Source: Candidatus Latescibacterota bacterium (GTDB taxonomy: Bacteria; Latescibacterota; UBA2968; GCA-2709665). Taken from it: 64,000 bases of DNA. Each line of letters begins with the position of its first letter. Position 1 is the first letter of the stretch. This document shows, in pieces, positions 9,067 to 18,776 of the stretch. Where the stretch lies: the NCBI GenBank assembly GCA_965203805.1, contig OZ241917.1:704001-768000 (forward strand), given 5' to 3'. The notes under the pieces are model-generated. The model was not told the DNA's origin, ran no database searches, and worked only from the letters and a program-made list of their open reading frames with translations. The translations under genes were made by a program, and so were the position numbers.

Positions 9067-10863
9067 TCAGGGAGGGACCGATTCGCCGCCCAGCAAGCGG
9101 ATACCGAGTTCTCTCAATTGGCCCGTATCGACCGCCGACGGAGCGCCGTCCATCAGGGAGGCCGCATTATTGGTTTTGGGAAAGGCGATCACGTCGCGGA
9201 TGTAATCCCGGCCCGCCATGAGGGCGACCAGGCGGTCGTACCCGAAAGCGATGCCGCCGTGCGGGGGCGCGCCATACCGGAACGCGTCCATAAGAAAGCC
9301 GAATTTCTCTTCCGCCTCACCGGGAGAAATATCCAGCAGATCAAACATCTTTTCCTGTATTTCGCGACGGTGGATACGAATGCTGCCGCCTGCTATTTCA
9401 TTCCCGTTCAGCACGAGGTCGTACGCGCGCGCCCGCACGCCGGACGGATCGGAAGCCATTTTTTCGATGTCTTCATCCAGCGGCGACGTGAACGGGTGGT
9501 GGCACGCCGTATACCGCTTCTCGACGGGGTCCCATTCCACCAGGGGGAAATGGGTCACCCACAGAAAGCTGAACTGATTGCGGTCCAGCAGGTTCAGCTG
9601 ATCCCCCAGCCTCAGGCGCAAATTGCCGAGTACGTCGGCCACAACGGCCGGCCGGTCAGCCGCAAACAGCAGAAGATCGCCCGGCTCGGCCTGCATGGCC
9701 TCCCGCAGCAGAGCCTGCGCCCGTTCGGGGAAGAATTTGACAATAGCCGATTCCATGCCGCCGTCCGTTACCCTTATCCAGGCCAGTCCCTTTGCGCCGA
9801 AACCGCTCACGAAGACGCCGAGGTCGTCAATCTGCTTGCGCGAAAACGTGCCGCAACCTCTGGCATTGATGCCGCGAACCTGTCCCCCTTCGGCCAGCAC
9901 GCGCTTGAACACCTGAAACCCGGAGGCTTCGGCGGCCGCGGCCAGATCCACGATTTCCAATCCGAATCGGGTGTCCGGCTTGTCGGACCCGTAGGTGTCG
10001 AGCGCCTCCTTGTGGGTGAGACTGGGAAAGGGCCTGGGCAGGTCGATATCCAGAATATCCTTGAAGAGGCCGGCGGTAAGCCGCTCCGCCGCGTCCATGA
10101 CGTCCTCTTCATTGACAAATGACATCTCAATGTCGATTTGCGTGAATTCCGGTTGCCGGTCTCCCCGCAGATCTTCATCTCTGAAACAGCGCACGATCTG
10201 AAAGTAACGGTCGAACCCGGCCACCATGATAAGCTGCTTGTAGGTCTGCGGGGACTGCGGCAGGGCGTAGAAGTGACCCGGATTGATCCGGCTCGGCACC
10301 AGATAATCGCGCGCGCCCTCCGGCGTACTCTTCATCAGAAACGGCGTTTCGACCTCGATAAAGCCGTCGTCTGAAAGGCGTCGTCGGGTGGCTTGCGATA
10401 TGCGGTGCCGCAGCAGAATGTCTGCTTGAACGTCCGGGCGGCGCAGGTCGAGGTAACGGTGGCGGAGCCGGATTTCTTCATTGGCATCCGACCCGGCGTC
10501 TATAAGAAATGGCGGGGTTTCCGATTCGTTCAGAATTTTCAGTTCGGATGCCTCGACGTCGATTTCGCCCGTAGACAGGTTCGGATTCGCCATCCCTTCC
10601 GGTCGGGACTCCACCCTGCCTTTGACCGCCAGCACGAATTCGTTCCGGATGGCTTCGGCGTTCCTGTGAATCTCAGGACTCAGATCGGGGCGAAAGACGA
10701 CCTGCGTGAGCCCGTCCCGGTCGCGCAGGTCGGCGAAGATCACGCCGCCGTGATCTCTGCGTTTGGCGACCCAGCCCATCAGGGTGACCTGCCTGCCGAT
10801 GTCCCGGGCGCGAAGGTCGCCGCAGGAGTGCGTGCGTTTCCAGTCGCCGAGGGATTCCGCCAT
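9067..10863 (-). CDS. aspS: Aspartate--tRNA ligase, probably non-discriminating (Asp/Asn)
   Basis: RTHSCGDLR, RRDHGGVIFADLRD, STPEGARDYLVPSR, FRDEDLRGDRQPEFTQIDIE, GAPPHGGIAFGYDR; ATG 10863 with GGAG RBS. Confidence 0.97.
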   Translation of the reverse strand: MAESLGDWKRTHSCGDLRARDIGRQVTLMGWVAKRRDHGGVIFADLRDRDGLTQVVFRPDLSPEIHRNAEAIRNEFVLAVKGRVESRPEGMANPNLSTGEIDVEASELKILNESETPPFLIDAGSDANEEIRLRHRYLDLRRPDVQADILLRHRISQATRRRLSDDGFIEVETPFLMKSTPEGARDYLVPSRINPGHFYALPQSPQTYKQLIMVAGFDRYFQIVRCFRDEDLRGDRQPEFTQIDIEMSFVNEEDVMDAAERLTAGLFKDILDIDLPRPFPSLTHKEALDTYGSDKPDTRFGLEIVDLAAAAEASGFQVFKRVLAEGGQVRGINARGCGTFSRKQIDDLGVFVSGFGAKGLAWIRVTDGGMESAIVKFFPERAQALLREAMQAEPGDLLLFAADRPAVVADVLGNLRLRLGDQLNLLDRNQFSFLWVTHFPLVEWDPVEKRYTACHHPFTSPLDEDIEKMASDPSGVRARAYDLVLNGNEIAGGSIRIHRREIQEKMFDLLDISPGEAEEKFGFLMDAFRYGAPPHGGIAFGYDRLVALMAGRDYIRDVIAFPKTNNAASLMDGAPSAVDTGQLRELGIRLLGGESVPP

Positions 10864-10941
10864 ATCGTAGGCTCCGGTATAGGGACGAATTGGTTCGCGG
10901 TGGCGCCGCCAGGGCGTTTCCGCGCATTGTGTCCTTGGCGT

Positions 10942-11138
10942 TAACTTTGATTCGTCATTTTTCGGGGACGTTAATTCGAAAATGTGCAAGTGAATAGAGG
11001 CGATTTAACTGCCGATTTCTATGATGCTTCAGGTCACCGGACGTGAACGGAAAAAATGTCCTTCCGGACGACCTTTTCGGCCCAATTCGAAAGGCTTTGT
11101 CGCGACGCCGCGTTGCTGATTTTGTCACATTAAGGTTA
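10942..11138. mobile_element. Dispersed repeat copy 1 (MITE-like, TA-bounded)
   Basis: 10942-11083 aligns with 52905-53047 at about 83% identity (24 differences in 143 columns, hand count); both copies start TAAC and end GGTTA. Confidence 0.7.
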
Positions 11139-12428
11139 ATGTGTCGTTTTTGTGAGTTCTGCGAGTTTGCTGATATCGTCGGACGGCAGAATGGTCTGCG
11201 CGCCTGTTGCCAGGATCTTCAACACAACGGTATTCGACCGCAATTCGTCGGGTCCGATGATGGCAACGAACGGAATGCCCTTGCGGTGGGCGTATTTCAG
11301 CTGCCGGTCGAGTCGTTGACCGGGTTGGAGGCCGAGTTCAACGGCGAGCCCCCGGGATCTGGCCCGTCTCGCGTATTCCGCGGCGGGTCCGGCCACGTCT
11401 TCGGAAAAGACCGTGACGAGCAGGTCGGGAACCCCGGCGGCGACGCCGGAAATCAGATCCGATTCCTTCAGCAGTTCGGTGATTGCCATGTCGCCAACCG
11501 CAAAGCCAACGCCGGGAACCGGCCTCCTGCCGCCGACCTGCAAGGTCAGATTGTCGTACCGGCCGCCGCCAAACAGGGCGCGCTTCAATGAATTCCTCGC
11601 CCAGGCTTCAAAGACAATGCCGGTGTAATAGTCGAAGCCGCGAACGATCTTCGGGTCCGTTTCAACGTACTCCGAGACGTTGTTCTTTTCGAGAAGCCGG
11701 ATGACCCGTTGGAGCCGCGGCGAGAACCCCGGGGATTTGCTGTCCAGAGTTTTCACAAGTCCGTCGATCTGCTCCGGACCCAGGCCGAGGTCTTCCAGCC
11801 CGGCGCTGAATTTCTCGAAGGGGATCCTGTCGATCCGGTCAACGATGGCGAAGAGTGGCCGAATCTGAGGAGGAAGCAGGCCAAGGGAGCGGATGAGATG
11901 GCATTCGAGGCCCTGTCGATCGTTGAGCCTCACCGCCACCTGATCGGAAGACAGTCCGAAGACCTTGAAGAGTTCGCAGGCGATCGTGACGATTTCGACG
12001 TCGGCGTAGAGTGTATCGCTTCCCAGCAGGTCGATGTTCCATTGAAAGAAAGACCTTCCTCTGCCGCGCTGAGGACGTTCGTACCGGTAGAAACGTCCGT
12101 ACGATTGCCAGCGCAGGGGAAAGACAAGCCGGTCTTCCTCCTGGGCTACCATGCGGGCGAGAGTCGGCGTAAGTTCCGGCCGAAGAACGAGGGTCTTCTC
12201 GTCGCGGCCGGACAACGAGAATGTCTGCCGGCCCACAATCTCTTCGCTGGTCTTACCCAGGTAGAGGTCCATGTATTCGACGATGGGCCCCTCATACTCT
12301 TGATAGCCGTATCCGGCGCCAAGCGAGAGGCACGTTTCACCGAGCCACTTCTGAAGGGCCCAGTCTTCAGGATAGAAGTCCCGGACTCCTTTAACGCGGG
12401 GGATGCGTTCAGCTGCCATGATCTTCAT
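11136..12428 (-). CDS. hisS: Histidine--tRNA ligase
   Basis: VKGVRDFYP, LRPELTPTLAR, YRYERPQRGRGRSFFQ, VRGFDYYTG, GGGRYDNL, C-terminal anticodon-binding domain; start at 12428 or 12419. Confidence 0.96.
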   Translation of the reverse strand: MKIMAAERIPRVKGVRDFYPEDWALQKWLGETCLSLGAGYGYQEYEGPIVEYMDLYLGKTSEEIVGRQTFSLSGRDEKTLVLRPELTPTLARMVAQEEDRLVFPLRWQSYGRFYRYERPQRGRGRSFFQWNIDLLGSDTLYADVEIVTIACELFKVFGLSSDQVAVRLNDRQGLECHLIRSLGLLPPQIRPLFAIVDRIDRIPFEKFSAGLEDLGLGPEQIDGLVKTLDSKSPGFSPRLQRVIRLLEKNNVSEYVETDPKIVRGFDYYTGIVFEAWARNSLKRALFGGGRYDNLTLQVGGRRPVPGVGFAVGDMAITELLKESDLISGVAAGVPDLLVTVFSEDVAGPAAEYARRARSRGLAVELGLQPGQRLDRQLKYAHRKGIPFVAIIGPDELRSNTVVLKILATGAQTILPSDDISKLAELTKTTH

Positions 12429-12469
12429 ATTCCAGGTGGGTAAGCCCTTGATTTTCAGCCAAATCGACA

Positions 12470-12498
12470 AAGATACACACAAGTCTGTTCATTGTCAA
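12470..12498 (-). promoter_or_regulatory. sigma70 promoter for hisS-aspS
   Basis: TTGACA-N17-TATCTT. Confidence 0.65.
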
Positions 12499-12504
12499 GA
12501 CATA

Positions 12505-13707
12505 TCAGGATTCCGGCCGAAATGCGGCTTCGAGGTGCCGAATCCGGGGCGTATCTTCCACGAAGCAAACGGCAATCACGTCGAAGCGCGGGGCGAAACC
12601 GGGGTCAGGGTGACGCTGGAGATACGCCCTCGCGACCCGTATGATCTGACGTTGCTTGTCGAGAGTCACGCGGGTTTCAGGCGGTCCGAATCCGGGTGCG
12701 GTTGCGGTTTTTACTTCGACAAACGCGAGGGTTCGTCCCCTGGTTGCGATAAGATCGACTTCTCCTCCCGCCGCCCGGTAGTTTCGTCTGAGTATCCGGT
12801 AGCCCGCTTTCACGAGCATTACGGCGGCCGCGTTCTCCCCCCGCCTGCCCGCCCATGGCAGACGCGTTTGTCCGCGTCCGATGCGGCTGGCAGGTTCATC
12901 CCGGCCCGTCTTCGTGGATGCGTCGGCCGCAGGGTTGGCCGGCTGCACGCCGTTGAAGGACAGCCGGTGGATCCGACAGGGACCGTGTCTTCGGAGCGCG
13001 CGCCGGTGATTGGCGCTCCCGTATCCCTTGTGGTCGGCAAACCCGTATTCGGGGAATTCGCGATGGAACGCCGCCATTCTTCGGTCCCTGCTAACTTTGG
13101 CGAGCACGGAAGCGGCTGCAATGGAGAGGGAAGCCGCGTCGCCGTCGATTACGGCGGATTCCGGAAACGGGCCGCCGGGGACCCCTGCGCCATCCACAAG
13201 TACACGGTCGGGTGGTACGCCGAGCCGTTTAATGGCGCGTCGCATGGCCAGATAAGTGGCCTGCAGGATATTCATGCGGTCGATTTCTTCCGCCGAAGCC
13301 TCGCCGGTGGCATGGGCGACGGCGATTTCTCTGATCCGGTCGTAAAGCCTCTCCCGTTTCAGAGGCGTGAGTACTTTGGAGTCGTTCAGTCCGTGGATCA
13401 GGGCATCCGGGGGCAAAATCACAGCGGCAGCGACGACCGGTCCGGCCAGGGGCCCTCTTCCCGCTTCGTCGACGCCCGCGATACGGCGGAGTCCCCTCGC
13501 GTGCAGCCGCATCTCCAGGACCCGCATTTTTTCCAGACGCGCGCGTTCAGCCGACACGGATCTGCGGCGTCGACGCTCCTTGAACGCCAGGCGGCGCACG
13601 CCGGCGCGCGGGTCGGCATCCAGGACATCCAGCAGGGCAGTGTCGATTACGTCCGATTCACGCAGGAGGTCTCGGACCTGGGAAACGGTGAGACTGGATA
13701 GGTCCAT
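12505..13707 (-). CDS. rnhB: Ribonuclease HII fused to a C-terminal YraN (UPF0102) nuclease-like domain
   Basis: [39 protein letters not shown]; then, with no stop, GRRGENAA...[20 protein letters not shown]...FVEVKT...RFDVIAV. Confidence 0.92.
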   Translation of the reverse strand: MDLSSLTVSQVRDLLRESDVIDTALLDVLDADPRAGVRRLAFKERRRRRSVSAERARLEKMRVLEMRLHARGLRRIAGVDEAGRGPLAGPVVAAAVILPPDALIHGLNDSKVLTPLKRERLYDRIREIAVAHATGEASAEEIDRMNILQATYLAMRRAIKRLGVPPDRVLVDGAGVPGGPFPESAVIDGDAASLSIAAASVLAKVSRDRRMAAFHREFPEYGFADHKGYGSANHRRALRRHGPCRIHRLSFNGVQPANPAADASTKTGRDEPASRIGRGQTRLPWAGRRGENAAAVMLVKAGYRILRRNYRAAGGEVDLIATRGRTLAFVEVKTATAPGFGPPETRVTLDKQRQIIRVARAYLQRHPDPGFAPRFDVIAVCFVEDTPRIRHLEAAFRPES

Positions 13708-13974
13708 GGGAACATGGGTCCGGCAGGTGTCAGAGGCGCATAACGGTCCGTTGAATTATGGTCGAATGCGCGTGAACATGCAAGAAAAAGCGCCCCGCCC
13801 GGTACCGCCAGGGCCAGGCACGCGGACGGCGCCGGGTGCTCCCGCGCCGCTGAATGTTGAATTCGGGAATTTTTGGACTATATTTGTATACGTCAACAAC
13901 GTTTCTCAGGCAGGACTTGCGGGACACCTGCTCCCGTCTCATCGGCGAGTCATTGACTCATAACGGAGACGACG

Positions 13975-15741
13975 GTGGAAACGCGTTCGAGAACCGAGAA
14001 CTTCCGAAAGCTGCTGCAATTCGTCCGGCCGCATGCCGCCAGGCTTGCCGGCGCGCTGGGTCTGACCGTGCTGCTGGCGACTCTGGGTATGGCGCCGCCA
14101 TTGATCGTCATGTACATCGTCGACGAGGTGATCGTGGCGGGCCGCTGGGACATGCTGGAACTTGCGGTCACGGTACTGGTAGCCGTGCCGGTCCTCACGG
14201 CCGGTCTGCGCGTGGCAAACGCGTTTACGCTCTCTTACGTCTCGCATCGGTTGATCATGAATGTTCGACTGTCGATGTACGAGCACGTGTTCCGGCTGGC
14301 CCTGAGGTTTCATGACGAGATGGGTACGGGAAAGGTGATGTCCCGGATGATGGGGGACGTCGCAACGGTTCGGCAGATGGTAACGATGCAGATGTTGCGC
14401 ATCGTGACGGATCTGATATCGATCGTCGCGGCGCTGGGTATCTGTTACGGACTGAACTGGAAACTCGCGCTGCTGATGACGATACTGATGCCGCCGTACG
14501 TCGTCAACTACCGGATCTTTATAGGTCCGATACGCACGTCCAGACGCCGGTGGCGGGAGAAAATGGACGACGTGTCGGTCGGGCTTCAGGAGCGCCTGAG
14601 CGGAGCGAAACTGGTGAAGGCCTATGGCCGTGAAAAACGAGAAAACAGGGCATTCGCCGAGGAAACCCGATCGGGCCTGGACTTCGCCATGGAGACGGAG
14701 ACACATCGCGCGTCGGCGCGTTCCGGCTTCTGGGTGGTGTCCGGCGTCCGCAACACGCTGATTTTCTGCCTGGGGTGCTATTTCGTCATCCAGGGTGACA
14801 TGACCTATGGCGGCGTGATGGCTTTTCTGGCGTACGCGATGCGGGTCTTCGAGCCGGTATTGAACCTGATGAACGTGGGCATTCAAATCGAGGACATGCT
14901 GGTTTCGGTAGATCGGATCTACGAGATTCTGGACCATCCGGTTGAAATCCGGGATGCTCCCGACGCGGCGGACCTTTCAGGAATTCAAGGGCGGGTCGTG
15001 TTCGACAACGTGGGATTCGAATACAAAGCAGGGGAGCCCGTGCTGAAGAATATCTGTCTTGACGTCCAGCCGGGGCAGATGGTGGCGCTGGTCGGTCACA
15101 CCGGGTGCGGCAAGACAACGCTGACCAGCCTTCTCATGCGATACTATGACGTCACTGAAGGCGCGATTCGCGTTGATGGACACGATATCCGGCAGGTGAC
15201 GATCAGATCCCTCAGGAAACAGGTGGGACAGGTGCTGCAGGACTCCGTGCTTTTCGACACGACACTCAGGGAAAACCTCTGTTACGGCAAGCCGGACGCG
15301 CCCGAAACGGAGTTGATCGAAGCGGCGCGCGTCAGTGAAATTCACGAATTCATGATGCGAACGCGGGACGGATACGATACCCGGATCGGAGACGATGGCA
15401 TCAAGCTTTCCGTGGGAGAGAAGCAGAGGCTGTCGATTGCGAGGGCGGTGCTGACCCATCCGGCGATCCTGATTCTGGATGAGGCGACTTCATCTCTGGA
15501 TTCGCTCTCGGAAGCCCTGATTCAGAAGGCGATGGCCGCCGTTCTGAAGGATCGTACGTCGTTCGTCATCGCCCACAGGCTGTCTACCGTATTAACGGCC
15601 GACCTGATCATCGTCATGGACCGCGGGGAGATCGTTGAACGGGGTACACATGACGTACTGATGCAAATACCCGATGGAAATTACCGGCGCCTCGTACAGC
15701 AGCAGTTTGCAGAAGTCGATTCCGGGGCCGCCGCAGTCTGA
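13975..15741 (+). CDS. ABC exporter, fused permease/ATPase (subunit 1)
   Basis: ABC_membrane domain plus GHTGCGKT, signature LSVGEKQR, Walker B ILILDEATS, H-loop IAHRLS. Confidence 0.95.
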   Translation: METRSRTENFRKLLQFVRPHAARLAGALGLTVLLATLGMAPPLIVMYIVDEVIVAGRWDMLELAVTVLVAVPVLTAGLRVANAFTLSYVSHRLIMNVRLSMYEHVFRLALRFHDEMGTGKVMSRMMGDVATVRQMVTMQMLRIVTDLISIVAALGICYGLNWKLALLMTILMPPYVVNYRIFIGPIRTSRRRWREKMDDVSVGLQERLSGAKLVKAYGREKRENRAFAEETRSGLDFAMETETHRASARSGFWVVSGVRNTLIFCLGCYFVIQGDMTYGGVMAFLAYAMRVFEPVLNLMNVGIQIEDMLVSVDRIYEILDHPVEIRDAPDAADLSGIQGRVVFDNVGFEYKAGEPVLKNICLDVQPGQMVALVGHTGCGKTTLTSLLMRYYDVTEGAIRVDGHDIRQVTIRSLRKQVGQVLQDSVLFDTTLRENLCYGKPDAPETELIEAARVSEIHEFMMRTRDGYDTRIGDDGIKLSVGEKQRLSIARAVLTHPAILILDEATSSLDSLSEALIQKAMAAVLKDRTSFVIAHRLSTVLTADLIIVMDRGEIVERGTHDVLMQIPDGNYRRLVQQQFAEVDSGAAAV

Positions 15742-15787
15742 CACCCTCACGCACCTCGGTTTCCATAAGCGCGTTTTCTCATCCGGC

Positions 15788-17695
15788 ATGAACCCGTATC
15801 TCAAACGATTCATAAGGATTTATATCCGGCCGTTCTGGCTCCGGGTCGCCCTGGTGATGGGACTGGCGGGTATAACGGGATCCTATTTCTACATCCTGGG
15901 TTTCATCACCAAGACAACGGTGGATGACGTGCTTCAGATCCGGTCGGAGTCGGACGCAGAAGAGGTTGCTGACACCCCGGCCCCTGCACATGTGCGGCCC
16001 ATGAACGCCACAAAGGATCACCGAATCGATCGGGATCCGCAGCGGGTGTTGCCGCACGGCTGGGACACCGATCGTCCGAAGCCCGTCAAGACCCGTTCTG
16101 AGAAGATCAGGTGGCTCTGGGTCGTGTTCGGCGTCTATCTGGCCGTGCGCTTTCTGTTTTCAGGGATGAACTGGTTTTTCAATTACAATATCGCGTTTGT
16201 GGGCAATCGGATCGTCTACCGCGTACGTCTGGACTTGCACCAGAAGGTCCAGAAGCTGCAGATGGCCTTTTTCGACCGCAAACAGGTCGGCAAGATCATG
16301 TCGCGCATTCTGGACGATGTGCAACTGTTGCAAAGCGAGGTGACGACGACGTTCGTGGAGACAATAGGGCACCTGGCGAAGATCGTGATTGGCGTTGTGG
16401 TTCTGCTGCTGATAAACGTGAAACTCGCTGCCTTCGCGCTGCTGGCGCTCCCGCTTTACGTGCTCGCTTACAGGACGTTCCAGCGCCCGATCTCGGAGAC
16501 ATTCGCACGGATGAGAGAAGCCTACGCCGACACCTACGGCGCCCTGGAAGAACGGGTTCGGGGGATTCGGGTGGTGTATTCCTTTACGAATGAACGCACG
16601 GAACGAAGGTTGTTCTTCAGACGGCTGGCATCCATTTTCAGGCTTTCAGTGAAGAATTCGATGCTGAATGCCAGCCTGCGCGCGGTCTGTGCGGCCATCG
16701 GGGCCGCGGCGGGCGCGCTGATGCTCTATTGGGGAGCGCTGATGGTTCGGGACGGAAGCATGACGGTGGGCGAGTTGATATATTTCAATATGTCCCTCTC
16801 CAATTTGTTCATGCCTCTGGTGGCGCTCACCAACGTAAACGTGGTCATCAGGCAGATGATTGTCGTGATATCCCGGGTTTTCGAAGTGCTGGACGAGGAG
16901 ATATTGATAAAGGACCGCCCGGGCGCGGTCACGTTGAAACGCGTGCGGGGACGGGTGGTGTTCCGGAACGTCTGGTTCCAATACAATGCGCTCGCTGACG
17001 CCGTGATAAAGGACCTGAGTTTTTCGGTAAGGCCAGGTATGTCCGTGTCGGTCGTGGGTCCTTCCGGCGCCGGCAAAAGCACGCTCCTCAGCCTGTTGCT
17101 GAGGCTCTATGAGCCGACGCGCGGCAGCATCCTGCTGGATGACTACAATCTTCATGACCTCCGGCTTGCCAGCATCCGGAGGCACGTCAGCATGGTACCA
17201 CAGGAACCCGTTCTGTTTTCGGGAACCATTTCACAAAACATCGTCTACGGCAGAGACGGCGCGACGCCCGGCCAGATCATGGAAGCCGCCAGGCGCGCTG
17301 AATTGCATGACTTCATAATGGGCCAGCCCGAGAAATATGAGTCCAGGGTCGAAGAGGGCGGCGGCAACCTGTCCGGAGGCCAGAAGCAGCGGCTGGCCCT
17401 GGCGATGGCGATTCTGACCGATCCCGCCATACTTATCCTCGACGATACGACGTCGGCCCTGGACGCGGGTACGGAAGCCAGGATTCAGAAAACTCTGGAT
17501 CGGGTTATGGCTGGACGCACGACCTTTGTGATCACCCATCGGATTTCTACGGCCGCCCGTGCGGACCGGATTCTGGTACTTGATAACGGGCAGATGGCGG
17601 GGTGGGGGTCCCACGTGGAATTGCTGTCTCAGGGCGGGGTATACGGCCAACTCTACGAAGAGCAACAGAAGCCGGCGCCTGGAATTGCAGGATAA
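15788..17695 (+). CDS. ABC exporter, fused permease/ATPase (subunit 2)
   Basis: ABC_membrane domain plus GPSGAGKS, LSGGQKQR, degenerate Walker B ILILDDTTS, ITHRIS; start taken at MNPYLKR. Confidence 0.93.
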   Translation: MNPYLKRFIRIYIRPFWLRVALVMGLAGITGSYFYILGFITKTTVDDVLQIRSESDAEEVADTPAPAHVRPMNATKDHRIDRDPQRVLPHGWDTDRPKPVKTRSEKIRWLWVVFGVYLAVRFLFSGMNWFFNYNIAFVGNRIVYRVRLDLHQKVQKLQMAFFDRKQVGKIMSRILDDVQLLQSEVTTTFVETIGHLAKIVIGVVVLLLINVKLAAFALLALPLYVLAYRTFQRPISETFARMREAYADTYGALEERVRGIRVVYSFTNERTERRLFFRRLASIFRLSVKNSMLNASLRAVCAAIGAAAGALMLYWGALMVRDGSMTVGELIYFNMSLSNLFMPLVALTNVNVVIRQMIVVISRVFEVLDEEILIKDRPGAVTLKRVRGRVVFRNVWFQYNALADAVIKDLSFSVRPGMSVSVVGPSGAGKSTLLSLLLRLYEPTRGSILLDDYNLHDLRLASIRRHVSMVPQEPVLFSGTISQNIVYGRDGATPGQIMEAARRAELHDFIMGQPEKYESRVEEGGGNLSGGQKQRLALAMAILTDPAILILDDTTSALDAGTEARIQKTLDRVMAGRTTFVITHRISTAARADRILVLDNGQMAGWGSHVELLSQGGVYGQLYEEQQKPAPGIAG

Positions 17696-17807
17696 ACGAA
17701 GTGCGGCGCCGCGGGGTGCGATCCGGTAGAAGACGAATCGAGGGAGTGGGCAGGAGAATCAGTCGGAATCCCCCGCGAAGTGGACAGGCCCGATACACGG
17801 CCCCGTC

Positions 17808-18581
17808 TCATTGGTTGACCGGCGCCAGTTGACTCAGCAGCGTTTCGTCATCGCCGCTGAACTTCTTGATGCACAGGTCACAATCCGGACAGGGACGGTT
17901 GTAGCAGTTTTTGTGCACCCGGATCGGGTATTGATGCTGAAACGCCTTGGAGCAGTGTCTTGAACAGAAGACGTAACGGTCCTGATAACTGCCGAACGCG
18001 GCGTAGACAACGATGGATTCCTCTTCGGCCAGCGTCAGGTTCTTCTCGCACCAGCTGCAGATACCGGCCTGTTCCCTTGCCCGGGCCGAACGCTTTTTTT
18101 CAATTTCTTCATCGGACCAGACGTATTCTATATGCTGGACGTTGTCTTTGGTGACTTTCGCGCGCACCACGCCGTCCGTAATCCCGAGAATATAATCTCC
18201 CTGGGTGTCGAACGTGGTGCCGCACTCGATGTTGCGCCCGGTTTTCAGATGGATGACGGACTTGCCCTCTTCGGGCGAGATGAACGAAAACCACCCGCAA
18301 CTGGCGCAGACGCTGGTAAAGAGAAACTGCTGCGTCTTTTGGCCGCATGCCGGGCAACGGCCTTCCTCCATCATACGGATGTCCTGCAGTGTGGTCTTGG
18401 CGGCCTTCCTCACTGCAGCGTCGATCTCTTCCATCGTTTCGTCGAGGTCGTTCGAATCTCTCTCGGTAAGCAGATTCATGGCTTCTTCTACTTCTTCTGC
18501 CTGTCCCTCGATTACGATCTGCTTCTCACGCGCCGAAGCCGAATGATCTTCCTCGTCGCGCTTGAATATGCCCTTCAGCAT
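17808..18581 (-). CDS. Hypothetical cysteine-rich protein with multiple zinc-finger motifs
   Basis: CPACG..CASCG; CSWC..FCSRHC (FCS/TRASH-like); HKNC..CPDCDLC; RBS GAGGTG. Confidence 0.8.
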   Translation of the reverse strand: MLKGIFKRDEEDHSASAREKQIVIEGQAEEVEEAMNLLTERDSNDLDETMEEIDAAVRKAAKTTLQDIRMMEEGRCPACGQKTQQFLFTSVCASCGWFSFISPEEGKSVIHLKTGRNIECGTTFDTQGDYILGITDGVVRAKVTKDNVQHIEYVWSDEEIEKKRSARAREQAGICSWCEKNLTLAEEESIVVYAAFGSYQDRYVFCSRHCSKAFQHQYPIRVHKNCYNRPCPDCDLCIKKFSGDDETLLSQLAPVNQ

Positions 18582-18714
18582 AAGGCGTCACCTCGTTCCC
18601 GGGCCTGACCCGACACACTGCCGATTGCGCGGCCGCCGGCCCGAAAATCAGAGAATTTTTCTCCTTCTGTGGTCCTTCAGTCGTAAATCGAAGGACGCGG
18701 ATATTCGTTGATTG

Positions 18715-18743
18715 AATATAAACATCGATTGTCGTAAAGTCAA
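18715..18743 (-). promoter_or_regulatory. sigma70 promoter for the zinc-finger gene
   Basis: TTGACT-N17-TATATT. Confidence 0.6.
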
Positions 18744-18776
18744 TCATGGGGGGTGCGAACCGGCCTGTTTTCATTT

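Noticed and set aside
10864-10989. N-terminal extension of AspRS in the ORF track
   Set aside because: Runs into the repeat element; a good RBS and ATG exist at 10863
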